DNA of 63,101 nucleotides. It comes from a virus. Lineage: Duplodnaviria; Caudoviricetes. Made by a program: the position numbers and the translations under genes. Under the pieces are notes generated by a model. It was not told where the DNA came from. It saw nothing but the letters and a program-made list of their open reading frames with translations, and made no database searches. Positions 26,901 to 35,899 of the stretch are shown here, one piece after another (positions within the stretch are counted from its first letter, which is position 1; each line of letters begins with the position of its first letter). The stretch is from positions 1 through 63,101 of IMG/VR virus record IMGVR_UViG_3300025083_002903; one strand, 5' to 3'.

Positions 26901-29600
26901 ATCGATTACAACAGTTAAAGAAATAAATCCATGATATGTACTATCTGGAGCCCTATACAACGCTTCATATTCATATCTCCACCCATTACCTAGAGTGGGC
27001 CATGCGCCAGATGTGTTATAATCATTTTGTCGATTATCTCGACTAACGCTACCAGAATAGTTATATGAATTACCACTTAAATAAAGTCTACTATAACTAT
27101 TTGCCCCCAAAACATCTTGATCAGCTGGTATTTGAAAAATGTTAACATGATATGGCGTTGTTGTGTTTTGAGTCCAAGGTGTGGTTATTAGTTTGTAGCC
27201 TTTACCTTCTAGTGCGGTTCCTGCAAATAGTGCATATTCTGTACCAGTTGCATAGTTGTCATTACTTAAACTATCACTAATAGTATTAAATACTGGACTA
27301 TACACGTTAACTTGACTCATTGAGGCATAAAAGTATTGTCTACCGCCATCAAAAGTGTCATTATAGCTATTAAATGGATAGTAGTGAGCAAACCCATTAT
27401 AGTATAATAGTCCGGCTTCAGTACCCATAGTTACTCTAGCGGCATCTAGTGTAGATTTTACTGAGTTATAAATTGTAGTAAGTGTACCGTTATTGTCAGG
27501 TTCAATAGCGCCGCCTACAGTAGTTGGGAATACTGCATCAACACCTTCGGTGAACGTCATTTCCTCACCATCTACTAAATCATAATCTCCTAGATATATT
27601 GTATCTCCAGTTGGATTAATTCTAGCGCCAATCGTAGAATATACACCAGACGCAGTATGAAGCCTAGAAGCATTCTGCAATTTAAATCTATTTGTAGAAA
27701 TTACTCTTACTCTATCTTGATATGGAGATGAGAATGTAGCAAATACTGGGTTTGAGTTATACTGGGTTGATGTGTCAACTCTTGCTTTAACGCTTTGACC
27801 ACTGGTAGTCGTAAATGTCACATCAGTATTATCACCTAACCCATGATCTGCTGCATAGAATGTATCTGCTTCTGCATCTTTATCTAGTGGGAAAAAGAAC
27901 ATAGTATCGTCTGCTAGGTTAGTAGTTTGTGACAAGCTATAGTTATATCCACCAGAAACATATAAACGAATGATCCCATTATTGTCAAAATAATGCCAGT
28001 TGTTTCTACCTATAGTTTGATAGTTTTCGAACAATTTGAAATCTTCAGTAAACTCATAACCATCACTAGCACTTTTTCTAGTAGTATACCCAGGATTCAC
28101 AGAAGTAGAGTAATATGGGAAGTAAGAGAGATTAAAGTGATTCGTGTCTGCAGTATAACCATTCCTTGCTATTGCAACTACTCGATTTGGGTATACTCCA
28201 CCTAGACCAAAGTATCCACTTCTACCTCTTGAAGTTGTTTGTCCTTTAGCAATTAGATCCCAACCAGAGCCTGATCCGTCGATAGCATATCTTGTATGAA
28301 GACGATTATTGTAATCATTCGCTCTTTTTTCTAATCTAGAAATTTCATAACCCAATAACAATTCGTGTCTACCATAATCACTTGTACCTTGAGAAGTGAT
28401 ATCGATAACTGGGTTTGTACCATAGTTACCACCTGTTGTTTCACACAATGTTATTGTATTTGCAGTAGGTGCTGATTTAACATAGTAGACTTCAAATCTA
28501 AATAATCCACCTGGAGGTGTATCTCCAGCTGATGGTGAGAATAGTAAAACGTCACCTGGTCTTAATTGGTGATTAGGCCAAGTAATAGTATTATCAATCG
28601 GGTTGATTGCAGATGCACCAAACTTATGTGCATATGTACCAATCATTTCTTTAGTTTCAGTTAATTGACTATTAAGCGTAAATGCTTTAGACGTAGTATT
28701 TTCATAATCAATGTAAATATTTCCATCTGGAGCAGGTGAACCAGTGCCTTCTGGAATATTGAATGTAGTAGAACCGATTGTGTTAGTAAAGTACAAACTA
28801 GATCCTACATCAAAACCGTGTGTATAATCTGTAGTTATTTTTAGAGTAGATTGTTGGGCACCATCTGTGGCTAGTCCTAAAGATTGATCAAAATTGATTT
28901 GTGATGCAGCATAGAACTGACCAGGAGTAATAGTTGTATATGAACCTACTAAGTTTTCAGTTCTTTGCTGAACACCTTTAGATTTATATACAAAAGAAGT
29001 AAGTGAAGGGACTTTAGTTACGAGAAACTTACCTTCAGCAGTACGAACACCAAGCCCTTGAACATCAATAGGTGAACCAACAGCAATGCCGTGGTTGTCA
29101 AGTGTAGAAACGGTAATGTTTTCTGCACCTGTAGTTGTCTGAACCGAAATAACATCTGGTAGAATATAGTCTGCTTGGTTAGCATAAAATCCTGGTATGT
29201 TGTTAACTAGTTCAAGTGTTTCCCATTTAGATCCCTGTAGACCATATTCAAAGTCGGTGTCAATCAAGTTTTGTGGATTAGTAACACGAAGTTTATTAAC
29301 AGGATCGACAAAGCTTTCGCTTGGCTCCATAAACTGGTAATCCATCTCAACAAAACATTGTAACGTGTCATTAGCATTCATACCATCACAGTCATTTTGT
29401 AAGACTAGTGTTGTTGATTTATTCTCAGCGGATACCGAATGACTTACAATACCTTTTGTAGTGCTATTGAATTGAAAGATAGTATCATTCGTTGACGTGT
29501 TTGTAATAAGAAGAATACGTTCAAGTGCATAAATTCCGTCGAGTATTACGGTATCGTTAACCGGATCAAAAGTGTATCTTGAAATTAGTTTCTTTGCCAT
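23952..29600 (-). CDS. Very large virion structural/tail protein (1882 aa)
   Basis: NLIDTDFEYGLQ; repeated H(G/Q)L..GD..beta domains; C-terminal RKYFRYQSGKG...DGTGPSG...DYSWYGAG domain shared with the 43738 and 47272 genes. Confidence 0.75.
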   Translation of the reverse strand: MAKKLISRYTFDPVNDTVILDGIYALERILLITNTSTNDTIFQFNSTTKGIVSHSVSAENKSTTLVLQNDCDGMNANDTLQCFVEMDYQFMEPSESFVDPVNKLRVTNPQNLIDTDFEYGLQGSKWETLELVNNIPGFYANQADYILPDVISVQTTTGAENITVSTLDNHGIAVGSPIDVQGLGVRTAEGKFLVTKVPSLTSFVYKSKGVQQRTENLVGSYTTITPGQFYAASQINFDQSLGLATDGAQQSTLKITTDYTHGFDVGSSLYFTNTIGSTTFNIPEGTGSPAPDGNIYIDYENTTSKAFTLNSQLTETKEMIGTYAHKFGASAINPIDNTITWPNHQLRPGDVLLFSPSAGDTPPGGLFRFEVYYVKSAPTANTITLCETTGGNYGTNPVIDITSQGTSDYGRHELLLGYEISRLEKRANDYNNRLHTRYAIDGSGSGWDLIAKGQTTSRGRSGYFGLGGVYPNRVVAIARNGYTADTNHFNLSYFPYYSTSVNPGYTTRKSASDGYEFTEDFKLFENYQTIGRNNWHYFDNNGIIRLYVSGGYNYSLSQTTNLADDTMFFFPLDKDAEADTFYAADHGLGDNTDVTFTTTSGQSVKARVDTSTQYNSNPVFATFSSPYQDRVRVISTNRFKLQNASRLHTASGVYSTIGARINPTGDTIYLGDYDLVDGEEMTFTEGVDAVFPTTVGGAIEPDNNGTLTTIYNSVKSTLDAARVTMGTEAGLLYYNGFAHYYPFNSYNDTFDGGRQYFYASMSQVNVYSPVFNTISDSLSNDNYATGTEYALFAGTALEGKGYKLITTPWTQNTTTPYHVNIFQIPADQDVLGANSYSRLYLSGNSYNYSGSVSRDNRQNDYNTSGAWPTLGNGWRYEYEALYRAPDSTYHGFISLTVVIDNSDWSGYYENYDGDIRYLGSSSRSVLMQENSNRAGQRYVIHAILPIKAGSNSSNYSLSTGGAVLPAATLANNIATDISNTLTRSTLTSGQSETVFAKVVNGQRISLANAAGVTYDFTGTGNGPFTLKTAESIGGADGYYDVTQSTDTEMDFSLGNEVPKRVVNFTDASLVVFEGVDHISATEHRFQLGQKVTFASTSDDSIIDGLNEDTEYFAIPVGPDYLLLAETYEAAITNSPLTIAANANNVAPNTYTLTSGAISGISPGDGLVDITEGSNKILGVDTLFKRYFKPGDTIRFADTSNTPTLYYEDVVATVIDDTELSLVSPARITETETSYFVETQINVRPDGSFLHRPFDGGVEINAGTSPNSSIVRQTRKYFRYQSGKGIQVSLAINFNPSRTALRIESSGTTATVHTEYPHGIIVGNSVTIKGCDDDVFNGTFVVNSKTDFTFSYTLPSTPLSEVPNGIIRYNITAWANSLVRAGLFDYQNGMFFEFDGHELYTVRRSSVTQLPGSVNAQFGSNKIFGNNTSFVGQLAQEDHVVIRGVSYKITKVVSDTELHIQPSYKGITTSKIIVTKTEDARIPQSEWNVDICDGTGPSGFILDTTKIQMAYIDYSWYGAGKIRFGFKDTYGHVKYVHEFIHNNVLEEAYMRSGNIPGRYEIFNNGTPTFVPGLFHWGTSIIMDGKFDDDKAYLFTAASNSLTFTNGDTTAANTNATSTLVRYYNYGLRQYDWYVRLRFPSSAGSAFSTNTPLYTADEELNGEQVTFTQYSGSNIYVFIFMQTSSYRNPPAVYPNVGSGTEVNIGAPAGGGSDVDLTNPVPLISIRLAPSVDNNLSGAVGAREIINRMQLQLKSLGITLSHDCNVALILNGSVDNVTYSIVGSPSLSELLKHNAGDRVIGGSEIFSFRASGGNEDAQGKRLPVTSEFDLSQITDLGNSILGGDGVFPNGPDLLTIAAVPIDTSQVNSASPLVMAGRITWTESQA

Positions 29601-29604
29601 GTCT

Positions 29605-30462
29605 TTATCCTAATGCTATTGAAAGTGCGACGATATCTTCACCGCTTGTTCCGTCTGAAATAATTGTATTTGGTTCACCAACACTAGTTGGACCAGTTGC
29701 GACAACCCATTGCACTGAGTCTCCGTCAAAGTAGTAGACTGATAGTGTACCGTCTGTTGTGTCATACCATAAGTCGCCATAATTAGCACCCACTGGTGCA
29801 GTAGCTTCTGAGAATACTGATACACCGCCACGAGAAGCTGTTGCACCCGCTGCTTGAAGCCATTGATTACTATCACCATCATCGTAATAAACAGATAATG
29901 TACCGTCTTCATCATCAAACCATAAGTCGCCTACGCCTGGGTTAACAGGTGCGGCTGAACCGATTGAAACTCTAGCTGGAGCTGCGCCACCCGCACTAGC
30001 GGCACCCGTGATAACAATCCATTGATTACTATCGCCATCGTTATAGTAGACTGATAATGTTCCATCACCGTCATCGAACCATAAGTCACCGATAGCTGGA
30101 GTTGTTGGTGCTGTACCACTGGTATGAACCATTTGATACCCTGAGAAAGGACCTACACCAGATTCACCAGAGACTGCTAGCCATTGAGAGCTATCACCAT
30201 CGTTAAAGTAAATGTTGAGTGTGCCATCATCTGTGTCGAACCATAGGTCGCCTTCTAGAGGAGATGAAGGGGCTGAGCTACTTGTTGTGACAGATGCGCC
30301 TCCGCCTCCGCCTCCTCCACCACCGATACCAGCATTAGTAATAGCTGCAGCGGTTGTAGAGTCGATAGCTGAAATGTTTTTAAGTTGTCGAGTTGAAGAT
30401 ATGACTTCAGACTCATTAACTGTTAATCCGTTCTTTACGGAAAAATTCTTATCGTTAGCCAC
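29605..30462 (-). CDS. Fibre-associated protein with four GDLWFD repeats (GTG start)
   Basis: MANDKNFSVKNGL start; four GDLW(F/Y)DxxDGTLxVYYxDGDSxQW repeats; C-terminal IVALSIALG. Confidence 0.8.
   Translation of the reverse strand: MANDKNFSVKNGLTVNESEVISSTRQLKNISAIDSTTAAAITNAGIGGGGGGGGGASVTTSSSAPSSPLEGDLWFDTDDGTLNIYFNDGDSSQWLAVSGESGVGPFSGYQMVHTSGTAPTTPAIGDLWFDDGDGTLSVYYNDGDSNQWIVITGAASAGGAAPARVSIGSAAPVNPGVGDLWFDDEDGTLSVYYDDGDSNQWLQAAGATASRGGVSVFSEATAPVGANYGDLWYDTTDGTLSVYYFDGDSVQWVVATGPTSVGEPNTIISDGTSGEDIVALSIALG
29700..30260 (-). repeat. Four ~150-170 nt intragenic repeats
   Basis: ccataagtcgcc/ccataagtcacc/ccataggtcgcc and cattgattactatc(a/g)ccatc recur; a fifth protein-level copy lies at ~32005-32075. 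Confidence 0.85.
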
Positions 30463-30497
30463 GGTTCACTCTCCCCAAAGGCATATGTTGTTTATAT

Positions 30498-30505
30498 TAT
30501 TTATG
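30498..30505 (-). promoter_or_regulatory. Putative late promoter CATAAATA
   Basis: Overlaps the stop codon of the 1222-aa gene, 36 nt upstream of GTG 30462. Confidence 0.5.
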
Positions 30506-33500
30506 CAAGTATCATATTACCACTTATAACAAAACCTGTAGAATTAGTAGTTGCAGGAGTAACTAGTACTCTAACATTCCCACCACTAATGTCAACATCT
30601 ATAGTATATATTGAAGTATTTGTTTGTACGATACCATATTCTGTCGATACTGCAGTTGTACCATTATGTGTCATAAGTACTTCTGAAATGTGTCTTTCAG
30701 TTGTAGAATTATCAGTTGCTTGAATAACGAACTTACCACCAAGATAATCACTTACCGCAAATTGTGCTAGAGCAACTTGAGTTGTTGCTGTTGTAGTAAG
30801 TGTTTGGTTGTTAACTTCAGTAGAGCCAGCAATTGTAATACTGTTAGCATCTGCTTCGAAGTTGATACCACCAGAACCAATTGTTAACTTATCTGCAAAG
30901 TTATTACCAATGACAATTTTATTACTTACTACTGCATTGAATCCGCCTATACACAAACAGCGGCCAATAACGATATTGTTATCCCCACAGTGCCCCACAT
31001 TACTAAAGGCTCTATACCCAAGCCCAATATTACCGTTACCATTATACAATCCAACACCAGAGTTGGTACCAACGAAAGTGTTTTCATTGGCACATTTTGT
31101 ATATTCACCAGACTGCGCCCCAATAAATATATTGCCTTGCATCAATTGGCAACCTGAGCAAGCAGATAAGTCTACATTACCAAGACCTGAGCCCGCCCCT
31201 TGACCAAGAGCAATGTTGTTGCCCAAAAATGTGTTACATGCATCATTTGAAGTAGATTGTAATGCATATGAACCAATTGCAATGTTCTGTAAACCAACTT
31301 TATCATATTTTAAGGCATTTGCACCAATTGCAATGTTGTCATCACCACAAGTTTGATTTAGTAGGGATTCGGCACCAATGGCAATATTTCTTTTACCTAA
31401 GGTGTCATACTTTAATGCTCTATAACCAATCGCAACGTTACTATAACCAGAACCCACCTCGGTATGAGATGAAGCGGCTTCATAACCAATCGCAATGCCA
31501 CCACACGAAGACTTACCAGCACGTTTACCTATATTAACGCTATATCTATTACATGCTTGAAATCCTTCACCGGCGCAGTCGCCAATAGCAACTGCATCGC
31601 AGAATACAGTATTTCCATAACCTGCATTATAACCAACCGCAACTACACTATTAAAAGTTCCGTTCAGGCCGGCAGCAAAACCACCGACTAAAGTGTTTTT
31701 AGTACCTGAGGTATGACCTGCCCCTGCATAAGCTCCTACATATGTGTTGAATGAAGAACTGTTGCTATTAACCGAACAACCAGCTTCATAACCAATTGCT
31801 AAGTTATATGAATTACCATTTGTTTGAGCTGCAGCTGCACCAAGACCGATACCATAACTTCTACATAAGGCATCACTCTTTGCGTCTTGTAAGTCATCTA
31901 TAAAGTTAAGACCAGCACTACCAGTATATCCTATTGGGCCTTGAATACCCTGAGGTCCTTGAATACCTTGAATACCTTGACAACCTTGTGGACCAGAAGT
32001 AGTCACCCATTGAGACGTATCACCGTCATCATAATAAACAGATAGAGTACCATCGCAAGTATCAAACCAGACAGCACCATTTGTTACTGGACTTGGTGGT
32101 GTTGTTGTAGTAGCAACACTTAGTGTAGTAGACTGGGTAGTCCAAACAAATCCACCATTTGTTGCACTCCATTGTAAGATTTCACCGTCGGCTGCATCAT
32201 TAGTATCTAAATCAACACCAGGAATAATAAGACGATCTTGTGTAGTAGAACCGATAACAATTTGATTATCTATTTGATCACCAAAGCTACCTACTACATT
32301 AGCCATAAAGCCGATAACAATGTTACCTGATCCACATCGCAGGCTTTGTGCTGTGTTATAGCCTAAGACGGTGTTATAATCACCGCAAGATAGATTAATA
32401 AGGGATGAGCTACCAATTGCTGTGTTATATGCACCTGCTGAAGAGTGGTTACAGGCATTACCAGTTAAACCACCATCGCCCAATTTTCTTAATGCTGCAT
32501 AACCAATTGCAACGTTAACTTTAGTATCATGACCCGCACATAAGGAATCTTCACCGATAGCAAGGTTAAACTCGCCTTCTGTGTTACATCTTAGCGCACG
32601 GGAACCAATAGCAAAGTTAGTAGAACCAGTGGTATTAGCACATAAGGCATCAATGCCAATAGCAAATCCAGAAACTAAACTGTTACTTAATGCACGTGCG
32701 CCGATAGCAACACCACAGGACACACTTGATGATACAGTCTTAAAGGCATCTGGGCCTATTGCTATATTATCGTTACCCGTAGTTAATGTTGTTAAGGCAT
32801 CTGAGCCAACGACTATATTTCTAGAACCAGTAGAATTTTTACCTGCTCTTGCACCTATTAAAACAGAACAACTAGCACTCCCAGAGCTTTCTCCCAATGC
32901 TTCATTACCAATAGCAACTGTATCTGTAAATCTCGCACACTTACCAGCTGTGTAACCAATGTATACTGAACCAGTATAATTACCAGCTGCATTTAATGCG
33001 GCACAAGAACCTATGACAACGGTACGACAAGCATTTCCTGTTTCTACTGCTGCCTTATAACCAATTGCAACATGATCACCGTCAGTGTTTGCTCCACCAC
33101 ACTCCAGTGCGCCGTGACCAAGACTTGTGTTATAACTACTACAACATTTTGTTCTTTGAGAAAGGTTACCTACCGCTACACTACCAAAGCCTTGAGACTT
33201 CGCCATCAATGCTTGGAAACCTATCGCCACGTTGGAAGTAGATTGTAAATTTTGTTTTAGTGCTTCATTACCAATAGCAATGTTACACTCGCCAGTAGTA
33301 AGGCTTCTTTGTGCTAGTATACCTAAAGCAGTGTTATTAGTGTTTGCAGAAATGTTTGCAGGATCACACATAGCATTAGCGCCAAGTGCAACACTTGATC
33401 CGTCACTAAAACCATCACTTAATGAGTTTATGTTATCAGCACCAGCGGGTTGACCAATCCATTCACCGGATGAGTTAATAACTGCGCCATACCCACTAAC

Positions 33501-34169
33501 TTCATAAGCGCCAGCTTCAAACTTTTGTGATCCGACAGTCCATTGATCTTGACTTTCATCCCAAATTAGAGAAACGTTAGATAAAGTCCCTCTCTTAACT
33601 TCAATGCCAGAATCTTCACTTGGCACTGTTGTAGCAAGAATATCTGCATTTAGCGTAATAAGATTATCGCCAATATTTAATGTATTAGTGTCAATGTATG
33701 TGGTGGTGCCAGATACTGTTAAGTCACCACTAACAATAATATCATTGAACGTAACATTTGAGGTTGTTGTTACCGCTTGGCCAATACTTAACGGGCTTGC
33801 GCTTGTACCAAGACCACTAATCGTGCTATCGGTATTAACAGCTGTTAGAGTTGATCCGACCGCAGTATTGACATTAGCATCTAAGTCTGATAGTACTTGA
33901 TCAAGAGTAGTAGCTGAAGAAAAGTTAAATCCTGTTGTATCAATTGCAACAGTTGTTTCATCAACGAATAATCTATCATTAGTGTTGTCTAAAGTTAATC
34001 CAGTATGTAATGTGTAGAAATTTCTACTACCATCTGTATGAGTGATGACAATTGAGTTATTAGTGGAAGGAACACCTAAGTATTCTTCAACATTATCCAA
34101 TCCGACAAAATTACCAGTTGCACTATGTTTCTTTCTACCGCTTAATAACCCCATGCCTCTTTTAGCCAT
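30501..34169 (-). CDS. Long tail fibre with N(I/T)AIG beta-roll (YadA-like) repeats, collagen linker, Cys-sprinkled
   Basis: GDLTVSGTTTYIDT...IWDESQDQW shaft; two tracts of NIAIGxxAL repeats; GPQGCQGIQGIQG; C-terminal HISEVLMTHNGTTAVSTEYG domain; about 32 Cys. Confidence 0.85.
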   Translation of the reverse strand: MAKRGMGLLSGRKKHSATGNFVGLDNVEEYLGVPSTNNSIVITHTDGSRNFYTLHTGLTLDNTNDRLFVDETTVAIDTTGFNFSSATTLDQVLSDLDANVNTAVGSTLTAVNTDSTISGLGTSASPLSIGQAVTTTSNVTFNDIIVSGDLTVSGTTTYIDTNTLNIGDNLITLNADILATTVPSEDSGIEVKRGTLSNVSLIWDESQDQWTVGSQKFEAGAYEVSGYGAVINSSGEWIGQPAGADNINSLSDGFSDGSSVALGANAMCDPANISANTNNTALGILAQRSLTTGECNIAIGNEALKQNLQSTSNVAIGFQALMAKSQGFGSVAVGNLSQRTKCCSSYNTSLGHGALECGGANTDGDHVAIGYKAAVETGNACRTVVIGSCAALNAAGNYTGSVYIGYTAGKCARFTDTVAIGNEALGESSGSASCSVLIGARAGKNSTGSRNIVVGSDALTTLTTGNDNIAIGPDAFKTVSSSVSCGVAIGARALSNSLVSGFAIGIDALCANTTGSTNFAIGSRALRCNTEGEFNLAIGEDSLCAGHDTKVNVAIGYAALRKLGDGGLTGNACNHSSAGAYNTAIGSSSLINLSCGDYNTVLGYNTAQSLRCGSGNIVIGFMANVVGSFGDQIDNQIVIGSTTQDRLIIPGVDLDTNDAADGEILQWSATNGGFVWTTQSTTLSVATTTTPPSPVTNGAVWFDTCDGTLSVYYDDGDTSQWVTTSGPQGCQGIQGIQGPQGIQGPIGYTGSAGLNFIDDLQDAKSDALCRSYGIGLGAAAAQTNGNSYNLAIGYEAGCSVNSNSSSFNTYVGAYAGAGHTSGTKNTLVGGFAAGLNGTFNSVVAVGYNAGYGNTVFCDAVAIGDCAGEGFQACNRYSVNIGKRAGKSSCGGIAIGYEAASSHTEVGSGYSNVAIGYRALKYDTLGKRNIAIGAESLLNQTCGDDNIAIGANALKYDKVGLQNIAIGSYALQSTSNDACNTFLGNNIALGQGAGSGLGNVDLSACSGCQLMQGNIFIGAQSGEYTKCANENTFVGTNSGVGLYNGNGNIGLGYRAFSNVGHCGDNNIVIGRCLCIGGFNAVVSNKIVIGNNFADKLTIGSGGINFEADANSITIAGSTEVNNQTLTTTATTQVALAQFAVSDYLGGKFVIQATDNSTTERHISEVLMTHNGTTAVSTEYGIVQTNTSIYTIDVDISGGNVRVLVTPATTNSTGFVISGNMILA

Positions 34170-34497
34170 TTGAAGACTCCAGGATGCTTAGTGTTAATTT
34201 GAATGCTGAGTTTGCACTCGCTTGTGCTTTAATAGAGTTGCCGGGTTCTAAAATAAGTTTACCAGTCAACGGAGAAGCAGCATCTTCGATTGGTATATCG
34301 TAGTTCTTGATTAGTTCTGTTTCTGTTGTCGTACTAGTTTCATAGTGCGAAAATGTTACACTCTCTGTTGTAGAGCCAATATTTGTAAACTGCGCCATCA
34401 AAACGATTCCAGAGTACCCAACGGGTGCGGTGTAAACGGTATCATTATTTGTAGTGACAACATGTGTAACTGTTTTAAATCTATTTAATTCTGCCAT
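34162..34497 (-). CDS. Small conserved virion structural protein
   Basis: LNRFKTVT...VYTAPVGYSGIVLMAQFTN...GKLILEPGNSI...LSILES, a type seen beside fibres in marine T4-like phages. Confidence 0.7.
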   Translation of the reverse strand: MAELNRFKTVTHVVTTNNDTVYTAPVGYSGIVLMAQFTNIGSTTESVTFSHYETSTTTETELIKNYDIPIEDAASPLTGKLILEPGNSIKAQASANSAFKLTLSILESSNG

Positions 34498-34501
34498 TGC
34501 A

Positions 34502-35821
34502 TTAATCCTCGATTGCTAGAATGTATGGGGTAAGAACAGCGAACAGTGATCTATCAAATGTATTACCAGTGATAGTTCCGCTTTCACGATTAATAGTCAA
34601 ATCACCACCAATTCTAAAATCACCTTTGTGGTCTGTCGATGTAAAGTATACTAAGCCTTCGTTGTTTGCATCTTCTACTACTTCGTTTGCTTGAATTGGG
34701 AAAGCACCAGATTGTGGTGTGTCATAAACACCTGTACCTGAGCCAACATATTCGAAAGTAATACTAGAAGCTTGAATGAGACTTCTCTGATGAAATGTTA
34801 CTGCGTCTCCATTGCCAACGTCTAGCTCAAGAGGTTCTAACAAAGTAACATCATATTCGTTTGCATTCCCAGTTGCGGTTACACCTTCAACCGAGTAATA
34901 CTTAGTATCATTTGCAAACTTAACTGCTTCTGCGTAATTAGGTGCTGTTGATACAGTAATTGTGACTACAGTGCCACCTGCTGTGCCAGCTGCACTTGTT
35001 CCTGATTTAGAAAGAGAAGAAGATCCAGTTGCTTTAAGCCCAAAGTTGCCAAATGAACAGTTAGAGTTTGTAAGTGAACAATTGCCACCACTTTCACAAA
35101 GAACACCTACGTCACAAGAAACTGTGAAGATAGATACTAGTTGTGCATATCCTTTGTTTATTAGGTGTACACCCTTACCACCTGCATTAATTTGAGTGAA
35201 TGCATCTGATACCATTGAGCGAAGACCACCGACAAGGGATCCATCAATTTTCATACCAGTACCAGTTGTAGTAATAGATGAGCAATTTTGTACGTAAGGA
35301 GATGTAGTGATGTTACCAGCAGAAGGATTAAACGCTACAGCTGCAGCTCCAGACGTATGTCCTCTAAATGTTACACCAGTAACATGAGAAGCATTACTTA
35401 ATAGAAGCAAGTCATTAGTTGCTGTTTGACCAGAGATGTTTGTTGTTCTAAGGTTATCGCCAACGATTGATACGTTAGCTGGTACAACCACACCACCTGA
35501 TGTATTATCAAGAGTGTAGTCACCACTTTTTAAGAAGATAGTTGTACCTGAAGAAGCATTAGCTAGTGCTTCGTCTAGAGTTAAATAAGCTTCGGCTACA
35601 GTCGAACCATCATTAGCGTCATTACCGCTTTCACTAACGTAAAGAACATTGTCTGCTCTATCAGCAAGACCAACTTCTCTAATTGAAAGATTCCCACTAG
35701 CATCTCTTTTGAAGAACATCTTACCATCATGGGTGTTGATGGCAACTTCTCCAAGTTCTAGTTGTGCGGTCGAAGGTATAGCACCAGTAGTGGCGCTACG
35801 GCGTAACTTAATGGTTGACAT
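34502..35821 (-). CDS. Mtd_N-like fibre/tailspike with pectin-lyase-like beta-helix
   Basis: IKLRRS...LELGEVAINTHDGKMF; LYVSESGNDANDG; IVGDNLRTT; SPYVQNCS; YFTSTDHKGDFRIG. Confidence 0.8.
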   Translation of the reverse strand: MSTIKLRRSATTGAIPSTAQLELGEVAINTHDGKMFFKRDASGNLSIREVGLADRADNVLYVSESGNDANDGSTVAEAYLTLDEALANASSGTTIFLKSGDYTLDNTSGGVVVPANVSIVGDNLRTTNISGQTATNDLLLLSNASHVTGVTFRGHTSGAAAVAFNPSAGNITTSPYVQNCSSITTTGTGMKIDGSLVGGLRSMVSDAFTQINAGGKGVHLINKGYAQLVSIFTVSCDVGVLCESGGNCSLTNSNCSFGNFGLKATGSSSLSKSGTSAAGTAGGTVVTITVSTAPNYAEAVKFANDTKYYSVEGVTATGNANEYDVTLLEPLELDVGNGDAVTFHQRSLIQASSITFEYVGSGTGVYDTPQSGAFPIQANEVVEDANNEGLVYFTSTDHKGDFRIGGDLTINRESGTITGNTFDRSLFAVLTPYILAIED

Positions 35822-35891
35822 GTGTCCTCACTCAGTGTATAATAGCTATATAGCTTATAAGATAAAGATAGTATGTACTACCTGTTAGAAG

Positions 35892-35899
35892 TATTTATA
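35892..35899 (-). promoter_or_regulatory. T4-type late promoter TATAAATA
   Basis: Perfect consensus 71 nt upstream of the 35821 ATG. Confidence 0.75.

Noticed and set aside
29700-30260. CRISPR-like array
   Set aside because: The repeats are degenerate at third codon positions and in frame; they are protein repeats
30950-33370. Codon reassignment as the cause of the excess Cys
   Set aside because: Both TGT and TGC are used, the excess is gene-specific, and Cys occur at expected conserved positions elsewhere (CQFH, GMGCC)
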